In this document: positions 47,704 through 57,402 of the stretch, piece after piece | Numbering within the stretch: the first letter of the stretch is position 1 | Layout of the letters: every line of letters starts with the position of its first letter | Source of the DNA: an uncultured Lachnospiraceae bacterium | GTDB taxonomy: Bacteria; Bacillota; Clostridia; Lachnospirales; Lachnospiraceae | DNA length: 64,000 nt | Reading direction: 5' to 3' | NCBI GenBank assembly: GCA_947631955.1 | Contig: CANRNJ010000005.1 | Coordinates: 85,544-149,543 of the forward strand | Made by a program: the position numbers and the translations under genes | The notes under the pieces: model-generated | What the model saw: only the letters and a program-made list of their open reading frames with translations | Databases searched by the model: none | Told to the model about the DNA's origin: nothing

Positions 47704-50490
47704 TCACAGATACGGACCACCGGAATTTCTTTGAACCGACGCATATTCTGCCGCCGCTTTAAGGAAACTCTCTCCGATTTTGGGACTGCCGTAGAAATAC
47801 AGATGCGCGAATCCGGCGTACAGCGTATCCGTACAGAGCCCTTCCTGCCATGACGACCCGTTCCCCGGCTTGTATACGTTCAGGTCGGCGCAGGCTGCAA
47901 GGGATTCCCAGTAATGGAACTCGTGGGCCCGGAAAGTATCGCCTTTCTGTCCCAACAGACAGTCTTTTGTGAGAGCCGCCTCGATATAGCCGAAGCGCCC
48001 TTTCCTGCGCTTATTTACCGCATCCGATTTAATAACACCAGTCATTTTATAAAATCCGTTCTCCCGGTCCGCTTCCAATCTCTCGTGCAGATACAGGAAA
48101 CCGCCGCACTCAGCAATACAGGGCATCCCGCCTTCGATCTTGTCCTTCACGGCCTTCCGCATGGAAACATTCTCTTCCAGTCCCGCACCGTACAGTTCCG
48201 GATAACCGCCGCTCAGATACAGGGCGTCACATTCCGGCAGAGTCTTGTCGTGAAGGGGGCTGAACGGTATGATCTGCGCGCCGCGCTCGGCTAGGAAATT
48301 CAGGTTGTCCTCGTATTGAAAACAGAAGGCTTCATCCTGCGCCACGGCAATACGGCAGCACACGGGTTCTTCTGATTGATTTATGTAAACCGAATCAATG
48401 CCCGCCCAACCGCCTTTTCTCTTTTCGGCATCCACATCACTACATCCTATCTGTTCAGCTCCTGCCATCCGGAGGAGTCCTTCCGCATCCACTGTCCGGG
48501 CGGCGGTATCCGCGTCACCGCATCCTCTTTTTTCGGCTCCCGCCATCCGGAGAAGTCCTTCCACATCCACAGTCCGGGCGGCGGCATCCGCAATACGCCC
48601 GACCACTTCTTCAAGACCCGGCACTTCATCCGCCATCACCAGTCCCAGATGCCTGCTCTCCAGTACGGGCCGTCCCAGATCCGGCAGATAGCCGAGCGGC
48701 GCAACATGCAGAGCGCGGCACGCTTCCGCGGCCTGTTCATAAAGCTGCGGAGCAAGCCTATTAAAAATTACGCCCGTTATATAACTGGGTCTTCTATGGC
48801 GCAGAAAGCCTTCCAGTACCGCCATGACCGAACTTCCCATGCCTTTGCAGTCCAGTATCAGGACCACCGGGACGCCGAGGGCTTTCGCCACGCTGTAGGT
48901 GCTCGCCTCCCCGGTAAAACCGATCCCGTCATAATATCCCATCACGCCCTCTATAACGCCCGCTCCGCGCCCGGCGCTGTGACGCTCGTACAGCTGCCGC
49001 AGAGTCTGTTCGTCCGTAAAAAAGGGATCGAGATTATAACACGGAACACCTGTTATTTTTTGATGAAAAGAAGGATCGATGTAGTCCGGGCCGCATTTAA
49101 AGGCGCAGGGATCATATCCCCGGTCTTTCAGGATCTTTAACAGTCCGCAGACGATCGTGGTCTTGCCGCTCCCGCTGCCCGCTCCCGCGATCAGGATCCC
49201 TTTTGCCGCCGTTTTCGCAGCGCCCGCGCCTCTGGCGGACACGATCGTGATTGGATTCTGCGCCGCCGCCATATGAACCTGCCCCGCTTTTCTTATGCGG
49301 CTGACTTGGATCTGAACTGCCTCCACATCCGTAAAAGGCCCGTTTTCCAACAGATCGACCGCCCGCTGCGCATTTTCCAGAGTGACGGTATCGATCACCA
49401 GACGGACGGACGGATTCTTTCTGACAAGACTGTCTATGATGCCGCCAAGCTGTCCCTTGCTGCCGCCGATAAAAGCGGCATCGGGAACCGGCAGATCCCG
49501 CAGGGCGTCCGGTGCCGTTCCTTCCACGATTTCCATGTTATGTAAACAAAAAGCTTCTTTGTTGAGTTTACATAATTCTATTGCTCTTTCGTCGCACTCC
49601 ACGGCATATACGGTTCCTTTGGATGCCGCAAGCGCGGTTTCCACCGACACGGAACCGGTCCCCGCCCCAATATCGTACACGATATCCCGTTCCCGTATGC
49701 GGAGTTTGCTCATGACCACGGCGCGCACTTCAGCCTTGGTCATAGGCGTCTGCCGCTGCGCATCCCGCACAAACGCCGTATCGGGAAGCCCCGTCAGGCT
49801 GCTGCCCGCCGGATGCGGGTTTACCAGATACAGGACAGTCAGTCCGTCGTAATCATACGCAGAAAGTTCCTGAACGGAGCCCTGCCGGATCCGCTCGTCC
49901 GCATAGGACAGCCGTTCTCCCACATAACCGTGCACGGACGTCCCCATGCCTTTTTCTGCCAGTTCCGACAGCGCCTCTTTGACGCCGCCGCCCGTTACGG
50001 CAAACACTTTTTCGTGCGTCAGGACCGCCTGCCACAGATTTTCCTTTGTCCCATGCAGGCTGACGATTTTTACATCCTCCCACGGCATACCGATCCGCGC
50101 GCAGAAATAAGACAGCGAGGAGATTCCCGGCAGCACCGTAACGGCGTGATCCTTCTCTTTCAGGATCTCCAGAAGTTTTCTGGCGCCGCTGTAGAAACCG
50201 CTGTCGCCCGAAACCAAAACCGCCGCGGCAGCCGCGCCGCCCTCTCTGGTCCGCTCCTGTTCAAGGATCCGCACGATCTCTTCCGCCTTATACGCCTCAA
50301 TGCACCGCTTGGTTTCCCTGTAAGGCGCAAGCACGCGCGGCGCACCGATCAAAAGCTGTGCGGATCCGATGGCTTCTTTGGCCTCCGCCGTCAGGTTCCG
50401 CGGATCTCCCATACCGATGCCCACGATGTACAGCCGCGCGCCAGAAATATCACTTGTTATTTTATTGGCTGTGTCCTTTTTCTCCGTCAC
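47704..50490 (-). CDS. Triple fusion CbiE-CbiT-CbiA (two methyltransferase/decarboxylase domains + cobyrinate a,c-diamide synthase)
   Basis: CbiE: IVGIGMG, LVSGDSGFY, PGISS; CbiT: PMTKAEVR, DIGAGTGSVS, FIGGS; CbiA: SGSGKTT, FKCGPDYID, EGVMG, SGGYPE, AECGGF, HEFHY. Confidence 0.92.
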   Translation of the reverse strand: MTEKKDTANKITSDISGARLYIVGIGMGDPRNLTAEAKEAIGSAQLLIGAPRVLAPYRETKRCIEAYKAEEIVRILEQERTREGGAAAAAVLVSGDSGFYSGARKLLEILKEKDHAVTVLPGISSLSYFCARIGMPWEDVKIVSLHGTKENLWQAVLTHEKVFAVTGGGVKEALSELAEKGMGTSVHGYVGERLSYADERIRQGSVQELSAYDYDGLTVLYLVNPHPAGSSLTGLPDTAFVRDAQRQTPMTKAEVRAVVMSKLRIRERDIVYDIGAGTGSVSVETALAASKGTVYAVECDERAIELCKLNKEAFCLHNMEIVEGTAPDALRDLPVPDAAFIGGSKGQLGGIIDSLVRKNPSVRLVIDTVTLENAQRAVDLLENGPFTDVEAVQIQVSRIRKAGQVHMAAAQNPITIVSARGAGAAKTAAKGILIAGAGSGSGKTTIVCGLLKILKDRGYDPCAFKCGPDYIDPSFHQKITGVPCYNLDPFFTDEQTLRQLYERHSAGRGAGVIEGVMGYYDGIGFTGEASTYSVAKALGVPVVLILDCKGMGSSVMAVLEGFLRHRRPSYITGVIFNRLAPQLYEQAAEACRALHVAPLGYLPDLGRPVLESRHLGLVMADEVPGLEEVVGRIADAAARTVDVEGLLRMAGAEKRGCGDADTAARTVDAEGLLRMAGAEQIGCSDVDAEKRKGGWAGIDSVYINQSEEPVCCRIAVAQDEAFCFQYEDNLNFLAERGAQIIPFSPLHDKTLPECDALYLSGGYPELYGAGLEENVSMRKAVKDKIEGGMPCIAECGGFLYLHERLEADRENGFYKMTGVIKSDAVNKRRKGRFGYIEAALTKDCLLGQKGDTFRAHEFHYWESLAACADLNVYKPGNGSSWQEGLCTDTLYAGFAHLYFYGSPKIGESFLKAAAEYASVQRNSGGPYL

Positions 50491-51293
50491 GGTCTGTCCG
50501 CCTTTCCGCTGTCATGCCGCAGCGCTTCCAACACTTTTTTGGCCTCCTCGACGCAGATCCCTTCCGGCTCCTTCGGCGGAAGGACCGCGACCAGTTTTGC
50601 ACCGGCGGCCTTCGCGGCCCTGTATTTTTCAGGATAGCCTCCGGCATCCCCGGACATCTTCGTGAGAAGATACCCGATCTGATACTGCGCAAGCATCGCG
50701 CGGTTCATTTCCTCCGTAAACGGCCCCTGCATGCATATCATATGGCCTGCCGCCAGACCCGCCGAAAGGCATCTTTGCAGGATATCCGGATTGGGCAGTA
50801 TCCGCAGGTAGAGCCGTCCGGCAAAGTCATTAAGTTTACATAACTCGTCCAACTCTTTGCTCCCGACCGCTGCTAAAATATTGCCTTTCGTTCCGTTCAG
50901 ATACTCTACCGCCTGCCGCATACTGTCAAACGCCGCGTCAGGCGGACAGTCCGCTTCCCCGGTCCCGCGCAGGACCCGGTAATACACCGCGTCCTCTATC
51001 CCCTGCGCCTTCCGGTAACGCCGGACGGCTTCCTGTATCTGCGCCGTCGCCTTTGCCGCGTAGGGGTGTGTGGCGTCGATCACCGCGCGCGGTCTTTCTT
51101 TTGAAAAAAGATCGGCCATCTCCTCCGCCGTCATTCTGCCCGTGCGGATATCGAGTTTACATAACTTGTCCAACGTTTGGCTGCCGTAATCCGTCGCCAC
51201 GCAGAAAAGCGCGTTGATCCCGCTGCCCGCGCAATAATCATACAGTTGTCTGCCTTCGCTCGTTCCGGCAAATACGATCGCATCCCTCATCAT
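50487..51293 (-). CDS. cbiJ: Precorrin-6x/cobalt-precorrin-6A reductase
   Basis: FAGTSEG, IDATHPYA, MQGPF, TKMSG. Confidence 0.93.
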   Translation of the reverse strand: MMRDAIVFAGTSEGRQLYDYCAGSGINALFCVATDYGSQTLDKLCKLDIRTGRMTAEEMADLFSKERPRAVIDATHPYAAKATAQIQEAVRRYRKAQGIEDAVYYRVLRGTGEADCPPDAAFDSMRQAVEYLNGTKGNILAAVGSKELDELCKLNDFAGRLYLRILPNPDILQRCLSAGLAAGHMICMQGPFTEEMNRAMLAQYQIGYLLTKMSGDAGGYPEKYRAAKAAGAKLVAVLPPKEPEGICVEEAKKVLEALRHDSGKADRP

Positions 51294-51300
51294 CTCTTTG

Positions 51301-52026
51301 TCATATCCTGTATCCTCTCGGCGTCACCATACGGCCGCCGATCTTCTTTGTCCTGCTGCTGCCGACGTAGACCGTGGTAAACATGTCCGCCGGATATTCC
51401 CTCAGTTCCTCCAGTGTCATCAGACGGCTCTCCTGCCCATCCCTGCCGATATTGCGCACCACACCGCACAACCGGTCCTTTTCCACATATCCGCTCCTCA
51501 ACAGGACGTCGCACGCCCTGCGCAGATGCTCCGGCCTTTCCCTGCTGGCCGGATTGTACAGGCAGATGACGAAATCCCCCATTGCCGCGGCGCAGAGCCT
51601 TCTCTCGATCTGTTCCCACGGAGTCAGCCTGTCGCTCAAACTGACCACGGCGAAATCATGGGTAAGAGGGGCTCCCAAAACCGCCGCGCCGCTCAAAGCC
51701 GCGGTCACTCCCGGCACGATCCGGATCTCGTCCCCGCTGTTTCCAAGCAGTTCATATACCAATCCCGCCATTCCGTACACGCCGCTGTCGCCGCTGCACA
51801 CTATGGCCACGCTGCGTCCCTGCGCAGCCTGTCCGACCGCCCATCGGCATCTCTCCTTTTCCTGCGTCATAGGCGTTGTGTAATATTCTTTCGCCGGAAA
51901 CAGGTCCCTCACCAGATCCGCGTACACCGTATACCCGACGATACAGTCGCAGCTTTCCAGCGCCTGATACGCTTCGATCGTCATACCTTCTTTTTTGCCC
52001 GGTCCGATCCCCACTATAGTCAACAT
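51301..52026 (-). CDS. cbiH: Precorrin-3B C17-methyltransferase
   Basis: IVGIGPG, CSGDSGVYGM, PGVTAA, HDFAVVSLSDRLTPW, LYNP, TPRGY; SD GGAG; start trimmed from 52212. Confidence 0.94.
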   Translation of the reverse strand: MLTIVGIGPGKKEGMTIEAYQALESCDCIVGYTVYADLVRDLFPAKEYYTTPMTQEKERCRWAVGQAAQGRSVAIVCSGDSGVYGMAGLVYELLGNSGDEIRIVPGVTAALSGAAVLGAPLTHDFAVVSLSDRLTPWEQIERRLCAAAMGDFVICLYNPASRERPEHLRRACDVLLRSGYVEKDRLCGVVRNIGRDGQESRLMTLEELREYPADMFTTVYVGSSRTKKIGGRMVTPRGYRI

Positions 52027-52064
52027 AACATTTTCTCCATCATAAGCCCCTCTGCCGCAGGAAG

Positions 52065-53246
52065 TTACCATTGATAACACTTGGGATGATATTCCGCCAC
52101 CGCAACGGTCACTCCGTCCTGCGCCTGCTTTTCGACGATCAGCCGGTATCCGGCGTCCGCCGCCGTCCCGCGCCCATACCGTCTTGCCAGACACAGCGCG
52201 CTTCTCTCGCACACGTTGTCCACTCCCACGGTACGCCTGACAAACTCGGACCCGTGCACCTCGTCCGGGATCTGCGCAAGTTCCTGCGCCGTGAAGACCT
52301 CATAGGGCACGCAGAGCCTTCTGGACAGCTCCCATATTCCTTCTTCCTCTTTCTTGGCATCTATGGAAGCAAGCGCGGCGATCCGGGTTTCATCGATCCC
52401 ATATCGTCCACAGACCTGATCCAGAAGCTGTGCCATCGCATCGGCGCTCTTTCCTTTTCTGCACCCTATCCCGACCACATACGGCCTTGGCAGCAGCCGA
52501 CACACGGCTTCTTCTCCCGACGCAAAGATCACGCCGCCGCACCGCAGTACGCCCATATCCGGGCTCTCGCTGTCCCGCAGTACGGCCGCATCCGGTTCCA
52601 CACCGCACCGCAATCCGTCAGCATCCGGTCCCTCGCCGCTCCGCAGCACATCCGTATCCGGTCCCACATCGTCCCACAATCCGTCAGCATCCGAAGCTCC
52701 GGCTGCGCGCACGCCTGCCGGTATCGTTCCCTCGATCGGCAGTCCCGTATGCACGGTGATCTCTTTGTCTTTTAAAAGAACAGATGTTATTTTTTTGACA
52801 GAAGACAGATCATGGATCAACAGGTGGTTTTTCACGGCAAACAGATCCACCGCAAATCTTTTCTCCGTATCGGTGGCAGTCGTGATCACCGCCTGCGCGC
52901 CAAGCAGCCCGGCGACCCTGTCCGCCAGAGCGGTACCGCCGCCCACATGCCCGGACAGGATCGGAATCACATAAGCGCCGTTTTCGTCCGCCACAAGCAC
53001 CGCCGGGTCAAGCGCCTTACTCTGCAGCAGAGGGGCAATATGCCGCACGGCGATCCCGGCAGCTCCCACAAAAACAAACGCGCTGGTGCGCCGCCACTCC
53101 TGCGCGAGCACACCGCCCGTATCCCGAAACTCTTCTCCGTACCGGAAGGAGAGCGCCACATCTCCCTGCGCCCGCAGTCCGGCTCCGATCCTGTCGTTCA
53201 GTTGTCCGCCCTTTTCCGTATAGGAAAGAATCATTACCCGAATCAT
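52065..53246 (-). CDS. cbiG: Cobalt-precorrin-5A hydrolase with 11-aa repeat insertion
   Basis: GIAVRHIAP, DPAVLV, LSGHVGG, ITTATD, GIGCRKG, SEFVRRTVGVDNVCE. Confidence 0.92.
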   Translation of the reverse strand: MIRVMILSYTEKGGQLNDRIGAGLRAQGDVALSFRYGEEFRDTGGVLAQEWRRTSAFVFVGAAGIAVRHIAPLLQSKALDPAVLVADENGAYVIPILSGHVGGGTALADRVAGLLGAQAVITTATDTEKRFAVDLFAVKNHLLIHDLSSVKKITSVLLKDKEITVHTGLPIEGTIPAGVRAAGASDADGLWDDVGPDTDVLRSGEGPDADGLRCGVEPDAAVLRDSESPDMGVLRCGGVIFASGEEAVCRLLPRPYVVGIGCRKGKSADAMAQLLDQVCGRYGIDETRIAALASIDAKKEEEGIWELSRRLCVPYEVFTAQELAQIPDEVHGSEFVRRTVGVDNVCERSALCLARRYGRGTAADAGYRLIVEKQAQDGVTVAVAEYHPKCYQW

Positions 53247-53306
53247 ACGTTATTTTTTATCCGTTCCGCCGGATCCTGTATGTATCCGCCCGTGTTTTCG
53301 CGCATT

Positions 53307-54251
53307 TTATATGTTCGCCGGATAGGTGACGGCATAGCGGCTGTCGTAAACCCGGCGCAGCGCGTCGTGGCTGTTATATTCTTCGCTCAGCACAAACTCC
53401 TTGCTCCATGTCATATAGTAGCACCACGGCACGCGGCTCTTCTCCAGCATGTCCATATCCGGCAGGACCCCGACTTCGGCCAGCGCTGCCGGTTTCGCCG
53501 CCTGCGTGACGGTCATCAGATCCTCATACTCTCTGCGGTAATCCGTTCTGGTCCCTTTGGGCGGATACAGATCGCAGGAGATGATATCCACTACGTCGTC
53601 CCCCGGATAGCCCTCCTTAAGCGGGCAGTTCCACACCCACAGCAGGTTGTTGAGATGGTGCACATTGACGAAACGGTCGTACTGGAGCCTATACAGCTTG
53701 GCCGCCACGGCAGGTCCTTTTCTGCCCCACCAGAACCATCCGCCCTCCGATTCATGGAAGGGCCGCCACAAGATCGGTATATCTTCTTTGGCAAAAGGTT
53801 CCAGACACCCCGCCATCACATCCAGATCGTGATAAAATGCCTCCCTCTCCTCGGTCCCCTGAAGAAGCACTCTTTCCGGGTCGAACTCGGTCTTTTCCGA
53901 ATAAAAACTCTTGTCCCATCCCCCGATCGGCGAATACCAGTGCCATGTAAAAGTGATGATGCCGCCTTTTCTGCCGAACTCTCTTGCATGTTCCAAAGTG
54001 TTGCGGTTCTCGTCGATCTCTGTCCGGCACGCTTCGTCGCCTGTTTCATAACGTATGTTAGGGGAATATGCCAACAGTTCAAACCCCCGGAGAGCGGGCT
54101 CTTTGCCCGTTATCTTCCGAATCTCGTCGATCTCTTCCATCGCCACGGTCTGGGTGTGCTGCCCCGTAACGATCCTGCGTCCGCCCAGAGCAGTCAAATA
54201 CTGTAACAATTTTCTCGCATTGTGTGATGCCTGTGGATTTACCGGTACCAT
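53307..54251 (-). CDS. GH26 glycoside hydrolase (beta-mannanase-like), no signal peptide
   Basis: FTWHW, ILWRPFHE, WFWWG, LLWVWN, DIISCDLY, ALAEVG. Confidence 0.9.
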   Translation of the reverse strand: MVPVNPQASHNARKLLQYLTALGGRRIVTGQHTQTVAMEEIDEIRKITGKEPALRGFELLAYSPNIRYETGDEACRTEIDENRNTLEHAREFGRKGGIITFTWHWYSPIGGWDKSFYSEKTEFDPERVLLQGTEEREAFYHDLDVMAGCLEPFAKEDIPILWRPFHESEGGWFWWGRKGPAVAAKLYRLQYDRFVNVHHLNNLLWVWNCPLKEGYPGDDVVDIISCDLYPPKGTRTDYRREYEDLMTVTQAAKPAALAEVGVLPDMDMLEKSRVPWCYYMTWSKEFVLSEEYNSHDALRRVYDSRYAVTYPANI

Positions 54252-54278
54252 TTTCTCTTCCTATGCCTTTCCGTGATC

Positions 54279-55031
54279 TTATATTTCCGTTCGGTATCCC
54301 GTCGTAAAATGCTTGTCATACAACTTGGACAACTCGTAATCGTCCCCCAGGACATCGCCCACTATGATCAGCGCTGTCCTGTTGATCCCGTTGTCTTTAG
54401 CAAGTTTACATAACTCTCCGACGGTTCCGCGCACGACTTTTTCGTCTTCCCATGTCGCCTTATATACAATAGCACAAGGAGTCTGTTCCGTATAGACTCC
54501 CTGAAGCAATTCTTTCTGGACTTCTTCCGCCATACCGCTGCTCAAAAACAGCACCATGGTGGCTCCGTGCCCGGCCAGTGCAGATAGTTTTTCCCGCTCA
54601 GGAACGGCCGTGCGGCCTTCCATCCGGGTGATGATAACGCTCTGGCTCACCGCCGGAAGCGTGTATTCCGTCTTCAGCGCCGCCGCCGCGCCGCAGAAAC
54701 TGCTGACGCCCGGACAGATGCGGAACGGGATATCCCGCTCCCGAAGCCCGTCCATCTGCTCCCTGACCGCTCCGTACAGGGAAGGATCCCCGGTGTGCAG
54801 CCGCACGGTGTTTTTCCCCTGCGCCTCCATCCGTTCCATCACCGACAGCACCTCTTCCAGATACATCTTAGCGCTGTTGTAGACCTCGCAGTCCGCTTTT
54901 GCATACTTAAGCAGCTGCGGATTGACCAGAGAACCCGCGTAAATGATGCAGTCGGCCTCCTCGATCAGCTTTCTGCCGCGCACCGTAATCAGATCCGGCG
55001 CCCCCGGACCCGCTCCCACAAAATCGATCAT
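54279..55031 (-). CDS. cbiF: Precorrin-4 C11-methyltransferase
   Basis: FVGAGPGAPDLIT, YAGSLV, RLHTGDPSLYG, PGVSSF, SKLYD. Confidence 0.96.
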   Translation of the reverse strand: MIDFVGAGPGAPDLITVRGRKLIEEADCIIYAGSLVNPQLLKYAKADCEVYNSAKMYLEEVLSVMERMEAQGKNTVRLHTGDPSLYGAVREQMDGLRERDIPFRICPGVSSFCGAAAALKTEYTLPAVSQSVIITRMEGRTAVPEREKLSALAGHGATMVLFLSSGMAEEVQKELLQGVYTEQTPCAIVYKATWEDEKVVRGTVGELCKLAKDNGINRTALIIVGDVLGDDYELSKLYDKHFTTGYRTEI

Positions 55032-56164
55032 ACCTGTTTTCCCCGCTTATGTATCTCCATCAGCCGCTCTGCGCCGTCCGTCATTCCCAAAATACCGTGT
55101 TTATTGGAAAAAACCACCGCTTCTATGTACAGGCCCTCGCAGGCGCGCCTTCTCAGCACATCCCGGATCCTTCCCATAAGCTGCGCCATAACGGCTTCCA
55201 GACAGTCCTCCTCTTTCAGGACGTCCACCGCTTCATCCGTCGTATTGCACCGCAGCATACGTCCGGCCAGTGCGGCGTTTCCGCCTGCCAGAAGCACGCA
55301 GGCCGCCAGTGTTTCCATCCTTCCGTCCGCATATCTGCTGTGCGTATTCATGATTCCGCTTCCCAGTTTGACCAGTTTGCCCAGATGCCCGATCAGCAGC
55401 AGGCTGTCCAGTCCGAACTCATACGCCATATCGATGGTGTCGCCGATGAAATTACTGCATTTTACCGTATGTTCCAGATCAAGGCCCAGTTCTTCTGCCG
55501 CAAACGTCTGACCGTAATTTCCCGGTGTGATAATGAGATCTTTTTCTCCCTGCGCGCTGTGCTGGCTGATCTGCGCGCGGATCGTATCCACAAGAGCGGC
55601 TTCGCTCATCGGTTCCACGATGCCGGAAGTCCCAAGGATGGAGATCCCGCCTTCGATCCCCAGTTCCGCGTTCATGGTCCGCTGCGCGATCTTTGCGCCG
55701 TCCGGCACTGAAATAACGGCTTTCATGCCGCCTTCGTAGCCAAATTCATCGGCTGCCTCCTGCATCGCCTCCGTTATCATCCTCCGCGGGACGGAATTGA
55801 TCGCCGCATTTCCTATGGGCTGGTCGAGCCCCGCTTTTGTCACCCTTCCGACGCCCTCGCCGCCGTCCGTTTCAAACCCTTTTTCCGTCAGGGTCACGCA
55901 GGCGTGGATACAGACGCCGTCCGTCACGTCGGGATCATCCCCGGCGTCTTTCCGGACCGCACAGGAAACGCTGTCCTTCCGCATCAGGATCTCTTCCACC
56001 GCCAGTTTAAAAGGGATCCCTTTCGGCGTGACCAATTCTATCTGCCGCACCGGGACCCCGCCCAGAAGCATCATCGACGCCGCTTTTGCGGCGGCCGCCG
56101 CGCAGGTGCCCGTGGTATAACCGAGTCTTAGTTTTTTCTGATCTTTGTAGATAAACCGTTCCAT
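55028..56164 (-). CDS. cbiD: Cobalt-precorrin-5B C1-methyltransferase
   Basis: LRLGYTTGTCAAAA, KDAGDDPDVT, GVGRVT, GGISILGT, NFIGD, GKLVKL. Confidence 0.96.
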   Translation of the reverse strand: MERFIYKDQKKLRLGYTTGTCAAAAAKAASMMLLGGVPVRQIELVTPKGIPFKLAVEEILMRKDSVSCAVRKDAGDDPDVTDGVCIHACVTLTEKGFETDGGEGVGRVTKAGLDQPIGNAAINSVPRRMITEAMQEAADEFGYEGGMKAVISVPDGAKIAQRTMNAELGIEGGISILGTSGIVEPMSEAALVDTIRAQISQHSAQGEKDLIITPGNYGQTFAAEELGLDLEHTVKCSNFIGDTIDMAYEFGLDSLLLIGHLGKLVKLGSGIMNTHSRYADGRMETLAACVLLAGGNAALAGRMLRCNTTDEAVDVLKEEDCLEAVMAQLMGRIRDVLRRRACEGLYIEAVVFSNKHGILGMTDGAERLMEIHKRGKQV

Positions 56165-56179
56165 TAGAATAGTATATCA
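56165..56179 (-). promoter_or_regulatory. Extended -10 (TGaTATACT) 6 nt upstream of cbiD ATG, probable leaderless promoter
   Basis: Minus strand ...tTGaTATACTattctaATG; no SD. Confidence 0.6.
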
Positions 56180-56278
56180 TAAAATCCGTTCCCGGAGAAC
56201 GATTATCTTTTCCATGTTCTCCATGCGTCCTCCACGCGCTTTTTTGCATATCTTTTCCTTATCCGGCCAGACGCCGCC

Positions 56279-56767
56279 CTACACGATGCCGATCACGGTG
56301 CCGATCCAGTATACCAGACCCAGCGCCCAGCTGGTGACGATGCCGAACAGTATGACCGGCCCGGCGATCGTAAAGATCTTGCAGCCGATCCCGAAGACCT
56401 GCCCTTCTTTCTGGTACTCGATGGCCGCCGACGCCACCGAATTGGCAAATCCCGTGATCGGTACAAGCGCTCCGCCGCCGCCCCACTCTACCAGTTTGGG
56501 ATACAGGTTAAAGCCCGTCAGGAGCACGCTCGCCAGTACGAGGATCATGGAGCACCATGACGCCGCCGTTTCCTTGTCCAATCCCATCCTGCCGGTCGCA
56601 TAATTTAAAATAAACTGGCCGATCACACAAATGATCCCGCCTGTGACAAATGCCTTGATCATCTGGACCGGCAGACTGTACTTGGGCGTCACCTGATCCA
56701 CATGCTGTCTGTATTCCTGCTCCTTCTTCTTTTGATCCGTCTGCGGTCGTTCCATATTCTGCGCCAT
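56279..56767 (-). CDS. spoVAC: Stage V sporulation protein AC
   Basis: AFVTGGIIC, GGALVPITGFANS, IFTIAGPVI. Confidence 0.93.
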   Translation of the reverse strand: MAQNMERPQTDQKKKEQEYRQHVDQVTPKYSLPVQMIKAFVTGGIICVIGQFILNYATGRMGLDKETAASWCSMILVLASVLLTGFNLYPKLVEWGGGGALVPITGFANSVASAAIEYQKEGQVFGIGCKIFTIAGPVILFGIVTSWALGLVYWIGTVIGIV

Positions 56768-56904
56768 GCTTTCATTCCTTTCCGTTTTCAATATATTATC
56801 TGTTCCCGCTGTTTTTCATTCCTTCTGCCTTACATTTCCGCTGCTTTCCGCTCCGCCGCACTTTTTTCGTCGGCCCATATCCGGCTGTGCGTCCTGCGCC
56901 GCCG

Positions 56905-57402
56905 TCAGCCCCCGTACAGATACACCCTCTGGGTAAAATACACCAGACTGCCGATCAGCTTGCCGAGCGCCACCGCAAGGATAGCGATGCCTAATCCGTG
57001 CCGGAAACCGATCCTTCTGGCAAAAACAGGGATCGTGTTGAGCATCTCCGCGATGGCGAGCGCCAGACAGCCCACAAAAATACCCGCAAACAGCCCGAAC
57101 GTGATCAGAAATAAGGTCCCGATCAGATCCCACACTCCGTCCGTGGCTTCTGCGCCGAATAATTCACGGCTGCGCACAAATGCGCCGATCTGCCCCCAGT
57201 CGCCAAAAATGCTGAAAAATCCGCCTGCAAGAGTCCCAAGCACCACCATTTCCTCTAAGGCAAAGATCCTGCGGGCCACATGCATTTTTCCCGCAAACCG
57301 GGGAATCAGTCCGACCGATATCAGCACCGTAAATACGCCCGCCGACACGATCAGCCCGCTGCTTGCCCCGATGACCATGAGCAGTAACTGTCTAATCCAC
57401 AT
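56905..57402 (-). CDS. spoVAB: Stage V sporulation protein AB
   Basis: VSAGVFTVLISVGLIPR, FVGCLALAIAE, ALGKLIGSL. Confidence 0.9.
   Translation of the reverse strand: MWIRQLLLMVIGASSGLIVSAGVFTVLISVGLIPRFAGKMHVARRIFALEEMVVLGTLAGGFFSIFGDWGQIGAFVRSRELFGAEATDGVWDLIGTLFLITFGLFAGIFVGCLALAIAEMLNTIPVFARRIGFRHGLGIAILAVALGKLIGSLVYFTQRVYLYGG

Noticed and set aside
14672-52212. Extended N-termini given by the ORF track for argD, argJ, argG, DegV, spoVAE, cbiH and others
   Set aside because: Extensions overlap neighbours or lack similarity; downstream starts have an SD and match family N-termini.
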